From: Candidatus Micrarchaeota archaeon
Lineage (GTDB): Archaea > Micrarchaeota > Micrarchaeia > Norongarragalinales > UBA8480
Assembly (NCBI GenBank): GCA_013425325.1
Contig: JACCLL010000099.1
Location: forward strand, 8,792 to 32,791
DNA: 24,000 bases
Direction: 5' to 3'
The notes below the pieces were generated by a model. The model had not been told where the DNA came from and searched no databases. It saw only the letters and a program-made list of their open reading frames with translations. The position numbers were made by a program, and so were the translations under genes. Below are positions 15,929-22,577 of this stretch, in pieces (positions within the stretch are counted from its first letter, which is position 1; each line of letters begins with the position of its first letter).

Positions 15929-16879
15929 TTACAGTCCTTTCGGCTGGCCCATTACAAGCGCGAAGGTCTTGTCTTTGTTTGCGGCAAACATCACTACTTT
16001 GAATCCGGCGTACTTGAAGAGTTTCTTCAGTTCGGCGGGAGTAAACTTGTGGGACATTCCCAAGAAGATTTTCTGTCCTTTTCTGAGTTCGACCCACTCG
16101 TCTCCCAAGCGCACGGCAGTGTCTTTCGAGAGTTCAAAGCGCCATTCGACTTGGTTTTTCAAGTGGTTGTAGCTGACTATGAAGCGACCTCCGTGGCGGT
16201 TGACGCCGAGGTTCTTGAGGATATTAAAGAATACTGCGAGCACGGCTTCGCTTCTGTAGCGCTTGAGCATGTTCTGTAGTTCGTCGTTGCCTTTTGGAAC
16301 CAGTTCCACGCCTATCAGCAGGTAGTCGCTTGCGGCCATGCTTTCGCGGAAGTTTATCAGAATGCGCGTGCGGTCGGACAGGTTGCCGAAGGTGTTTCCG
16401 AAGAAGAACAACAGGTTGTTCCTATAGAATCTTTTGCGCAGCGAGCTCGTGATGTGCGCGAAGTTTCCTCCCTCGAAGTCGATCCGCGCGGTTTCGACCA
16501 ACAGGTTTCGCTTTATTTTCTGCGCGATCTTCTTTTTTCCGATTTCAAGCATTGTGGGGCTGATGTCCAGCAGGCACAGGTTGACCGGAGAATGGGTTTT
16601 GGAGGCTGCTCTGATTAGGGGAATGGCTTTGAAGCAAGTGCCGCAGCCCAAGTAAAGCAAGTTGACTTTGTTGCGGCCTATTTTTGCGAAAATGTCTTTC
16701 GCGCTGTCGCGGATGAGCTTGAACTCGTTTTGCCCCAGGTCGTATTCCTCGGCTTCGGCGAGCCTGCTCCACGCTTCGGCTCCTTCGCCCATGTACTCCA
16801 GCTTGAAGGGAATTTCTCCGCGGCCGTATAGCGCCGTAAGCAGTTCCTGCGGTTGTGTTCCTTGAAACTCTATAGCCAA
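15929..16879 (-). CDS. EgtD-like SAM-dependent methyltransferase (Methyltransf_33-like)
   Basis: LLYLGCGTCFK (SAM-binding loop), LLFFFGNTFGNL (compare EgtD FLGSTIGN), YLLIGVEL and the C-terminal SHKFTPAELKKLFKYAGF follow the order and spacing of the EgtD-type histidine methyltransferase fold. There is a 1-nt gap after the upstream membrane-protein gene. Confidence 0.55.
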   Translation of the reverse strand: MAIEFQGTQPQELLTALYGRGEIPFKLEYMGEGAEAWSRLAEAEEYDLGQNEFKLIRDSAKDIFAKIGRNKVNLLYLGCGTCFKAIPLIRAASKTHSPVNLCLLDISPTMLEIGKKKIAQKIKRNLLVETARIDFEGGNFAHITSSLRKRFYRNNLLFFFGNTFGNLSDRTRILINFRESMAASDYLLIGVELVPKGNDELQNMLKRYRSEAVLAVFFNILKNLGVNRHGGRFIVSYNHLKNQVEWRFELSKDTAVRLGDEWVELRKGQKIFLGMSHKFTPAELKKLFKYAGFKVVMFAANKDKTFALVMGQPKGL

Positions 16880-16880
16880 T

Positions 16881-17729
16881 TCAAACCCCTGCCATTATTC
16901 TCAGCGCGTCTCTTGCTCCCGGCGCGAGCCCGAAAATCGTGAGGAGCAACAACACGTAATTCTTTTTCTCGAAGTCCACCGGTTTTTCCAGCTCTTTTTT
17001 TACCAACATAACCGCCGCGAGGGCGAACGCGACTTTCAACGCGTAGAACGCAATCGGCCCCATTGCGCCGATGAGCGTTCCTCCGACGACGTGCTGCTCG
17101 AAGTACGTTGACGTCGGCGTTCCAATGCCGATTCCGACGAACGTGGCTGCTCCGTCGAAGCACTGCGCGAAAACCGCGGCCCGTTCAACCCAGTTGTTTT
17201 GCTGCTTCAGCAGCCGCGAAAGCCCTTCGAACAGGAACAATCCCGCGGCTCCAAGCACTAGAATTAGCAGCCCCTGGAATAAATATTTAGCAGACAGGAG
17301 AACCGGCGCCAGCGCTGCCGCCGCAAACAAGCAGCCGAGGCCTCCCAGCACTTTCCAAACCGGCGCGTTGAACTTTCTTTCCGCGATTAACGCAATTGCT
17401 AGCGAGAAGACGACTGCGCCGAAAGTAAGGAAGTAAATTCCAGGAGTGACGAAGGGAAACAGTTCGACTCCCAAGAAGTTCACGGCGCGCGGCAGGATTC
17501 CCGCGTCTTCGATGACGCGCAGGGCGCTGCCGAACAACACGAACGGAATTATTGCTGCAACAAACCGTTCATCGATTTTTACTCCGAGCCGTTTCAACAG
17601 CTTGTAAATCAGGTAAGCGGCAACGAGCGCGGCAACCGCGTAGACTACGGTGTTTACGAGGTTGTACGGCGCGTAGCTCTCAGGGTGCCGCATTGGATTC
17701 AGGAAGTACTCTTCGATGAAGTCGGCCAT
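16881..17729 (-). CDS. Polytopic membrane protein (DUF63-like)
   Basis: Multiple hydrophobic segments. The N-terminus FIEEYFLNPMRHPESYAPYNLVNTVVYAV...GSALRVIEDAG resembles the archaeal DUF63 family as I recall it. ATG start 27 nt from the shared A/T box. Confidence 0.45.
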   Translation of the reverse strand: MADFIEEYFLNPMRHPESYAPYNLVNTVVYAVAALVAAYLIYKLLKRLGVKIDERFVAAIIPFVLFGSALRVIEDAGILPRAVNFLGVELFPFVTPGIYFLTFGAVVFSLAIALIAERKFNAPVWKVLGGLGCLFAAAALAPVLLSAKYLFQGLLILVLGAAGLFLFEGLSRLLKQQNNWVERAAVFAQCFDGAATFVGIGIGTPTSTYFEQHVVGGTLIGAMGPIAFYALKVAFALAAVMLVKKELEKPVDFEKKNYVLLLLTIFGLAPGARDALRIMAGV

Positions 17730-17751
17730 CGAGAGTTTTACTGCGCAAGCG

Positions 17752-17760
17752 CTTTTTATT
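17752..17760. promoter_or_regulatory. Single shared TATA-like box (CTTTTTATT) centred between two divergent start codons
   Basis: The box centre at ~17756 lies 27 nt from ATG 17729 (minus) and 27 nt from ATG 17783 (plus). The start codons are only 53 nt apart, and there is no SD on either side. Confidence 0.45.
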
Positions 17761-17782
17761 GCCTCTCCGAGAAAAGCTTTTC

Positions 17783-18643
17783 ATGAGCGGCTTGAAAAAC
17801 GAGTTGCTGCGCTTGGGCTTTCCCGAGGAAAAACTCGGTTTGGTGCGGAGTTCGTACGACCTAATTGGCGACATCGCGTTGCTCGAAATTCCCTCGGAAG
17901 CGAAAAAATACTCTAAACAAATTGCGCAAGCCGTGCAAAACATTAACAAACACGTTAAAGTGGTTGCAGTCAAGGCCGGAGCTACGAAAGGAAAGTACCG
18001 CGTGCGCAAAATAAAGGTAATCGCCGGCGAAAAACGCTCTTCGACAATCCACCGCGAAAGCGGCTGCTCGTTCAAAGTTGACTTAAATAAAGCGTATTTT
18101 TCGACGCGCTTGTCCCACGAACGCGAGCGCATTGCTTTGCAGGCGGCGCCAAAAGAACGCGTGCTCGTCCTCTTCGCGGGCGTCGGGCCGTTTGCAATAG
18201 TCACCTCCAAAAAACAGCCTATGGCTTCAGTCACCGCAGTTGAACTCAATCCCGCCGCAGTCAAGCTATTGAAGGAAAACATTGTGTTGAACAAAGTTGC
18301 GGGCCGTGTTGTTGCAGTTAAGGCCGACGCGAAAAAGTTCTGCGCAAAAAAGGAGAACAAGGCCGCTTTCGATCGGGTTGTAATGCCGTTACCGCATTCC
18401 GCGCACGAGTTTCTTTCCGGGGCAATCCGTGTGCTGAAGCCAAAGGGGGTTATTCACTTTTATTCAATCGGCGAAAAGAGGCGGCGGTCGCACGAGAAGC
18501 TTGATGTTTTCAAAAAACCCATCGTCAGGGTTTCGCTAGCGTGTAAGAAAGCAAAGAAAAAATGTGAAATAGTCAACAAGCGCACGGTGTTGCACTATTC
18601 TCCCTTCGAAGACGAAGTGGTAATCGACTTCAAGGCAGTCTGA
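17783..18643 (+). CDS. Trm5/Taw2-family (Met-10+ domain) SAM-dependent tRNA G37 modification enzyme, lacking the N-terminal D1 domain
   Basis: SYDLIGDIALLEIP, TIHRESGCSFKVDLNKAYFSTRLSHERERI, VLVLFAGVGPFAI, VELNP and FDRVVMPLPHSAHEFL follow the Trm5/Taw2 pattern. Only ~23 aa precede the D2-like region. I cannot separate Trm5 (m1G37) from Taw2 or a bifunctional Taw22 by eye. Confidence 0.7.
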   Translation: MSGLKNELLRLGFPEEKLGLVRSSYDLIGDIALLEIPSEAKKYSKQIAQAVQNINKHVKVVAVKAGATKGKYRVRKIKVIAGEKRSSTIHRESGCSFKVDLNKAYFSTRLSHERERIALQAAPKERVLVLFAGVGPFAIVTSKKQPMASVTAVELNPAAVKLLKENIVLNKVAGRVVAVKADAKKFCAKKENKAAFDRVVMPLPHSAHEFLSGAIRVLKPKGVIHFYSIGEKRRRSHEKLDVFKKPIVRVSLACKKAKKKCEIVNKRTVLHYSPFEDEVVIDFKAV

Positions 18644-20009
18644 ATAAAGCTTTTGACGTCTCCGGCCGGCGGTAAGCGCCTTTTTCCTTCAAGTAGGGCT
18701 GCATTATGCGGTGAGTGACTTGGCCCGCGTCCTCTAGTTTCTGCGGGTTTCGGCAGGCGACTAAAACTATTTTGCGGCTTTCTCCAACCTTAGGCGCGAA
18801 AACAGTTGGTTCTATCGTCCCATCGCGTTTCAGCACTCTTACTTTCAACGGTTTTTCGAAGTTGGGCGTGACTGCGACGATGAAGTCTTCTCTCGGAAGT
18901 CTTCTCGCGAGTTTTCGTTCCAGTAACTTCTTGAAGGCAGTTGTTTGCACGGTTCGTTTGCCGCGTTCGTTTAGTGCTGTGAAAGAAGTTTGGAAGGCGG
19001 GGTCGAAAGACAGCCACGGCGAGTGCCAGAAGAGCGCGTGTGCTTCCGGTATTCCTGCTTTTTCCATTTTTCGAAGTAATGTCTCGTCTTCGGTAAAGAA
19101 GTCTTCAGCGGAAATCGCTTTCTGCTTAAGGCTTTTTTCGACCGCGCGCCTCAGCAGGTCGCGCCCCATCATTGACGCCGGGTGAAAGTAAACTGTTGCG
19201 GAAAGCACGTTCCGATACTTAGCATATCGTTCCAGTGCTTCCTTTGCTTCTTCACGTACGCATAGTTGGCCGTCTTTTACCGCAAGGCCGGAAATCACTT
19301 TGTTTAAGTTTGCCTTCATTTCCCTCGCGAGCTTTTGGTTGCCGGCTCCCGAGTGGTGGAGGTCCCGTTGCAGGTAGTCTATTCGGTCGGCGAAGTCGGT
19401 TATTATTTCTCCCAGGCCTTCGCCGTGAATGTGCGCGAGTATTCTGTCGTAGTCGTAGCCGCTTTGCGCGATTAATTTGTCTACTCCTTCGCTTCGCAGG
19501 CGCTGGTCAATGACTTGCTCGTGGTCCACGCCCAACTCTTTTTTAACAAAGGGTTCGAGCGCGTGGCCGAATGCGGTGTGTCCAACGTCGTGCAATAAGG
19601 CCGCAATACGGATTTCCTGCTGCTGTTTCGGCGGCAGCTTCAATCGTTTGACTATTCGGCTAGCCACGTGAAGCGTTCCCAGAGAGTGCGCGAGCCGGCT
19701 GTGCGTCGCGCCAGGATAAAAGCCGCCACTTACGGTCTCGAGTTGCTTGACGTAATTAAGTCGGTTAAACAAGGGGGTTGCGGCCAGCCGCTGTTCTACT
19801 GGCGTAAGTTTGACTAGTCCGTGAACCGTAAGAAATTCGTATTGCCCGTAGTCTTCCTGGTCGAGAAAGGTTCTCATCGCCTGCCCCGAGTGGATTGCGT
19901 CGCTCAGGCTTCGTTGAGGCAGTTCGCCTTGCTTTACGCGTTCCTTAATTCGTTTTATCATGAGCTTGTCGATTTCAGGTAGCCTGCGCCAGCGTCTTGT
20001 CCGAGGCAT
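18630..20009 (-). CDS. HD-domain phosphohydrolase, COG1078/SAMHD1-like (dNTP triphosphohydrolase-like), paralogue A
   Basis: HSRLAHSLGT, LLHDVGHTAFGH and ADRIDYLQRD are the H..HD..D signature shared with SAMHD1-type enzymes. The ATG lies 1 nt after the upstream paralogue's stop, with GAGGGA upstream. Confidence 0.7.
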   Translation of the reverse strand: MPRTRRWRRLPEIDKLMIKRIKERVKQGELPQRSLSDAIHSGQAMRTFLDQEDYGQYEFLTVHGLVKLTPVEQRLAATPLFNRLNYVKQLETVSGGFYPGATHSRLAHSLGTLHVASRIVKRLKLPPKQQQEIRIAALLHDVGHTAFGHALEPFVKKELGVDHEQVIDQRLRSEGVDKLIAQSGYDYDRILAHIHGEGLGEIITDFADRIDYLQRDLHHSGAGNQKLAREMKANLNKVISGLAVKDGQLCVREEAKEALERYAKYRNVLSATVYFHPASMMGRDLLRRAVEKSLKQKAISAEDFFTEDETLLRKMEKAGIPEAHALFWHSPWLSFDPAFQTSFTALNERGKRTVQTTAFKKLLERKLARRLPREDFIVAVTPNFEKPLKVRVLKRDGTIEPTVFAPKVGESRKIVLVACRNPQKLEDAGQVTHRIMQPYLKEKGAYRRPETSKALFRLP

Positions 20010-20010
20010 T

Positions 20011-21402
20011 TCATTCCCTCATTTCGGCGACGGGCAGCCGCCACCGCGTCGTGATCCTTATTTGTAGGGGGTTTTCTTCAGTCAGGTACGGCTGCATGAA
20101 CTCTTTCACTGTTTTCCTCATTTCGTCGGCTTTTTTCTGGTCGCTGCACGCGACTAAGAAAACTTTGTCGGAGTCGGCCACGGTCGGCGCGTAAGCAACG
20201 TTTTCGATTCTCCCGTCTTTGTGCAGCAGGCGGTATTTGAACGGCTTTTCGAACTTTGGAGTCGCGGCTACTACTATCTCTGCTTTTCCAGCAATTTCTT
20301 GCAGCCTTCGTTCGAGGACGGCCTTGAACTTGGAGTCGTTGACCGTCAGTTTTCCCCTTTCATTCAGTGAAGAAAAGTCGATCGCAAAAGCCGGCGTGAA
20401 GTGGTGGGCTATCAAACCCGTTTCAAAGTGCTTTGCCTCTGGAATTCCGCCTGCCAGCATTTTGTCGACCAGCTGGTCGTCGGAAAGCAGCAGGTCCTTC
20501 GGCGATAGTTTTTTCTCGCGCAGTCCGCGGTCGACCGCGCGCGTTAGCAGCTCCCTTGCCATCAATGCCGACGGGTGGAGGTAGAGCGTGGTGAAAAAGT
20601 AGTTGCGGTAGCGCGCGAATTTTTCCGCTAGGGGCTTGGCTTCCTCTCTTACGCACACTTTTCCGTCGCGCAAAACGAGGTTGGAAGCGAGCTTGTTAAG
20701 GTCCCGGCTTAGTGCAGTTATTATTTGGCGCATTCCCGTCGCAAAACGCGCGTCTCGCTGCAGGTAGTCTATGCGGTCCGCCCATTCGGTCAGGATTTCG
20801 CCGGTTCCTTCGCCGTTGATTTTGGCGAGTACGCGCTTGTAGTCGATTCCGTTGCGTTCGAGAAACTCGGGCACTCCCTGCCGTCTCAGCAGTTCATTGG
20901 CTATTTCTTCATGGTCTAGCCCCAAGTGCTTTTTTATGAACGGTTCGGTGGCGTGAGAAAAGGCGGCGTGACCTACGTCGTGAAGCAAGCCAGCTATGCG
21001 CAGTTCGGCTTGCTCTTGCTTCGACAGCTTCAGCTGCCTGGCCAAGCGGCCGCTGAGGTGCATTGTTCCAAGCGAGTGCTGGAAGCGCGTGTTGTTGGCC
21101 GTAATCCAGAAGCCGCCGTGCGACGCTTCGAACTGTTTTACGTGGGCCAGCCGCAGGACTGCCGGCGCGTGGTGCAGTTCCCACTCGAGTGGCGACATTA
21201 TTATGGGGCCGTGAACGGCGTCGTAGTAGCCGTTTTCGCGGTCGATTGCTTCCATCGCAAGCGCGTGGTGAATCATTGAACTTAAGTGGACTTCGGGAAC
21301 AATGCCTTTGCGCACGAATTCCTTCGTTTGCTTGATTCCCTGTTCTTCACCCGGCCAGAGGCTGCGCCACTTTCGCTTGCGGTACTTGCGCGCGGGTTCC
21401 AT
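20011..21402 (-). CDS. HD-domain phosphohydrolase, COG1078/SAMHD1-like, paralogue B
   Basis: TRFQHSLGT, LLHDVGHAAFSH and ADRIDYLQRD. It is collinear with paralogue A over the full length. The ATG lies 28 nt after an A/T box. Confidence 0.7.
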   Translation of the reverse strand: MEPARKYRKRKWRSLWPGEEQGIKQTKEFVRKGIVPEVHLSSMIHHALAMEAIDRENGYYDAVHGPIIMSPLEWELHHAPAVLRLAHVKQFEASHGGFWITANNTRFQHSLGTMHLSGRLARQLKLSKQEQAELRIAGLLHDVGHAAFSHATEPFIKKHLGLDHEEIANELLRRQGVPEFLERNGIDYKRVLAKINGEGTGEILTEWADRIDYLQRDARFATGMRQIITALSRDLNKLASNLVLRDGKVCVREEAKPLAEKFARYRNYFFTTLYLHPSALMARELLTRAVDRGLREKKLSPKDLLLSDDQLVDKMLAGGIPEAKHFETGLIAHHFTPAFAIDFSSLNERGKLTVNDSKFKAVLERRLQEIAGKAEIVVAATPKFEKPFKYRLLHKDGRIENVAYAPTVADSDKVFLVACSDQKKADEMRKTVKEFMQPYLTEENPLQIRITTRWRLPVAEMRE

Positions 21403-21424
21403 GAGAGAAAAAGTGCGTCGGCGC

Positions 21425-21434
21425 GTTATTAATG
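21425..21434 (-). promoter_or_regulatory. TATA-like box (CATTAATAAC on the minus strand) about 28 nt upstream of ATG 21402
   Basis: A/T-rich box at leaderless spacing. No SD is present. Confidence 0.35.
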
Positions 21435-21471
21435 GTTTTGAGGGCTGGCGCTAAAAGCAGTAGTAAAGAGT

Positions 21472-21586
21472 GACAGCAGCAACCAGCGTTCCCGTTCACC
21501 AGAACAGTACTTGCACGGTCGTAAGAGGGATTGACTTCCGTGTTCGGAAAGGGAACGGGTCTTGCCCCTCTCCTATGACCGCTGTC
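21472..21586 (-). rRNA. 5S ribosomal RNA
   Basis: The minus-strand sequence GACAGCGGUCAUAGGAGAGGGGCAAGACCCGUUCCCUUUCCGAACACGGAAGUCAAUCCCUCU...GUACUG...GCUGCUGUC carries the universal 5S core (CCGAACACGGAAGU.AA). A 9-bp helix I forms between the termini. Ends are uncertain by a few nt. Confidence 0.85.
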
Positions 21587-21606
21587 GCTACTTATTTGGA
21601 GGGCTG

Positions 21607-21617
21607 AAATATAAAAA
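21607..21617 (-). promoter_or_regulatory. TATA box (TTTTTATATTT on the minus strand) about 26 nt upstream of the 5S rRNA 5' end
   Basis: Strong A/T box at canonical archaeal spacing from the start of helix I. It begins directly after the stop of the upstream small ORF. Confidence 0.6.
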
Positions 21618-21620
21618 GCC

Positions 21621-21830
21621 TTATGCTCGGCGTTCCAGCTTGTCCAGCCTGCGCATTAGGTAGATTATGAGGAGGAACGAGAACGCCTGCAGAAGCATGA
21701 GCGTTTGTTCCGCTACCGTCTTTGCGCCGACGTCCATGGCCTGCCATACTAGCACTGCGACGAATATTACGAGCAGCACGGCGTAGACTAGTTTCTCCAA
21801 ATCCGTTTTCTGTGTTTTTTCTTTAGCCAT
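21621..21830 (-). CDS. Small two-TM membrane protein (hypothetical)
   Basis: ATG start 6 nt after the TBP-domain gene stop. Two hydrophobic helices (LVYAVLLVIFVAVLVW, LLQAFSFLLIIYL) are flanked by charged termini. Confidence 0.5.
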   Translation of the reverse strand: MAKEKTQKTDLEKLVYAVLLVIFVAVLVWQAMDVGAKTVAEQTLMLLQAFSFLLIIYLMRRLDKLERRA

Positions 21831-21836
21831 TTGTCT

Positions 21837-22136
21837 TCACGCTATGTAGTCGCGTAGTAGTTCAACTGCTTTTTTTATGCTGGCTTCGATTTGTTTCTCG
21901 CTTTTTGCTCCGCTGCAAATGACTTTGCCGTTTTTGAACAGTAGCAGGGTTGTCCCAATTTCCTTCAAGCGCATTATTGCGCCGGGGAATTGTTCGGGCT
22001 CGTATTCCACGTTGTCGATGTTCATTGCTATGTTGAACAAGTCAAGTTCAACTTTTAGGTTGGCGCTAGCAACGATGTTTTCGACTTTGAAACTCGTGTC
22101 GATTCTTTTGTGGAGTTTCTTAGCCTTTTTTCCCAA
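21837..22136 (-). CDS. Single-repeat TBP-domain protein (half of a TATA-binding protein)
   Basis: FKVENIVASANL..LDL..IA....N.EYEPEQFPGAIMRL.E..TTLLLFKNGKVICSGAKSE carries the hallmark motifs of one TBP repeat (ENIVAS, EYEPEQFPG, LLLF..GK..C.GAKS), including both DNA-inserting Phe positions. The protein is only 99 aa with a basic N-terminal tail. TTG start with GGTGAG 6 nt upstream. An in-frame TAG lies at 22173..22175 upstream, and the TGA stop is followed by an unrelated ORF. Confidence 0.85.
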   Translation of the reverse strand: MGKKAKKLHKRIDTSFKVENIVASANLKVELDLFNIAMNIDNVEYEPEQFPGAIMRLKEIGTTLLLFKNGKVICSGAKSEKQIEASIKKAVELLRDYIA

Positions 22137-22173
22137 ATTAGCCTCACCTTTAATAAAGGATATTAAAACCCCC

Positions 22174-22181
22174 TATTTAAA
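22174..22181 (-). promoter_or_regulatory. TATA box (TTTAAATA on the minus strand) upstream of the TBP-domain gene
   Basis: Near-consensus archaeal TATA octamer about 40 nt upstream of the TTG start and about 28 nt upstream of the SD. It lies between the upstream gene's stop (22201) and the SD. Confidence 0.5.
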
Positions 22182-22200
22182 CCCCGCTCAAAAGGCGTTT

Positions 22201-22530
22201 TCAGAGGGCTAGAAGGAGCACGGTAATGAACGCCAGGACCGCCAGCACGTGCGCGGAGCCGAACGCGCCGACGAAACCGTCTTTCAACAGCAGAAGGACC
22301 ACAAACAAGGCGACTATTCCGACGAAGCCGAAAGACAACAGGAATCCAAGTCCTGCCGCCAGTGCGTTTCCGAGGGCAATTAGCGTGATTCCGATGCCTC
22401 CCGCGAGGATTGCGGGTGCTCCGATGAGTGCGCTGGCCGTTGTTGCGCCCTGCAATTCAACAAGTATAAATACCAGAAGGAGAAAACCAATTAGAAGCGT
22501 CGACAAATCGTCTGCGTTCATCGATATCAC
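22201..22530 (-). CDS. Small G/A/L-rich integral membrane protein (hypothetical)
   Basis: Three to four hydrophobic segments and no recognisable family. The start may be the ATG at 22521 (MNADD...). Confidence 0.5.
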   Translation of the reverse strand: MISMNADDLSTLLIGFLLLVFILVELQGATTASALIGAPAILAGGIGITLIALGNALAAGLGFLLSFGFVGIVALFVVLLLLKDGFVGAFGSAHVLAVLAFITVLLLAL

Positions 22531-22577
22531 TACTATTAGTTAGTAACAAGTTTAAATAGGTTTGCAGGTGCGTTTGC

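Noticed and set aside
17680-18360. Long antisense ORFs opposite well-supported genes. Examples: 17680..18360 opposite Trm5/Taw2; 22587..23006 opposite rpl21e/rpoF; 8960..9490 opposite GGR/rpoK; 711..1280 opposite dtdA; 2689..3153 opposite the AAA+ gene; 14549..14938 and 14671..14982 opposite the small plus-strand ORF.
   Set aside because: Each lies fully antisense to a CDS with clear family motifs. Their compositions are R/S/P/A-rich and low in complexity, they carry no recognisable motifs, and such ORFs are expected by chance at this GC content.
20011-20060. The C-terminus of HD paralogue B (..TTRWRLPVAEMRE) resembles the N-terminus of paralogue A (MPRTRRWRRLPE..), which suggested a duplication scar or a read-through fusion.
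   Set aside because: Paralogue A also ends in ..ALFRLP. The RLP-containing tail is therefore simply a homologous C-terminal feature of both copies. The resemblance to the basic N-termini is short and compositionally driven (R/W-rich).
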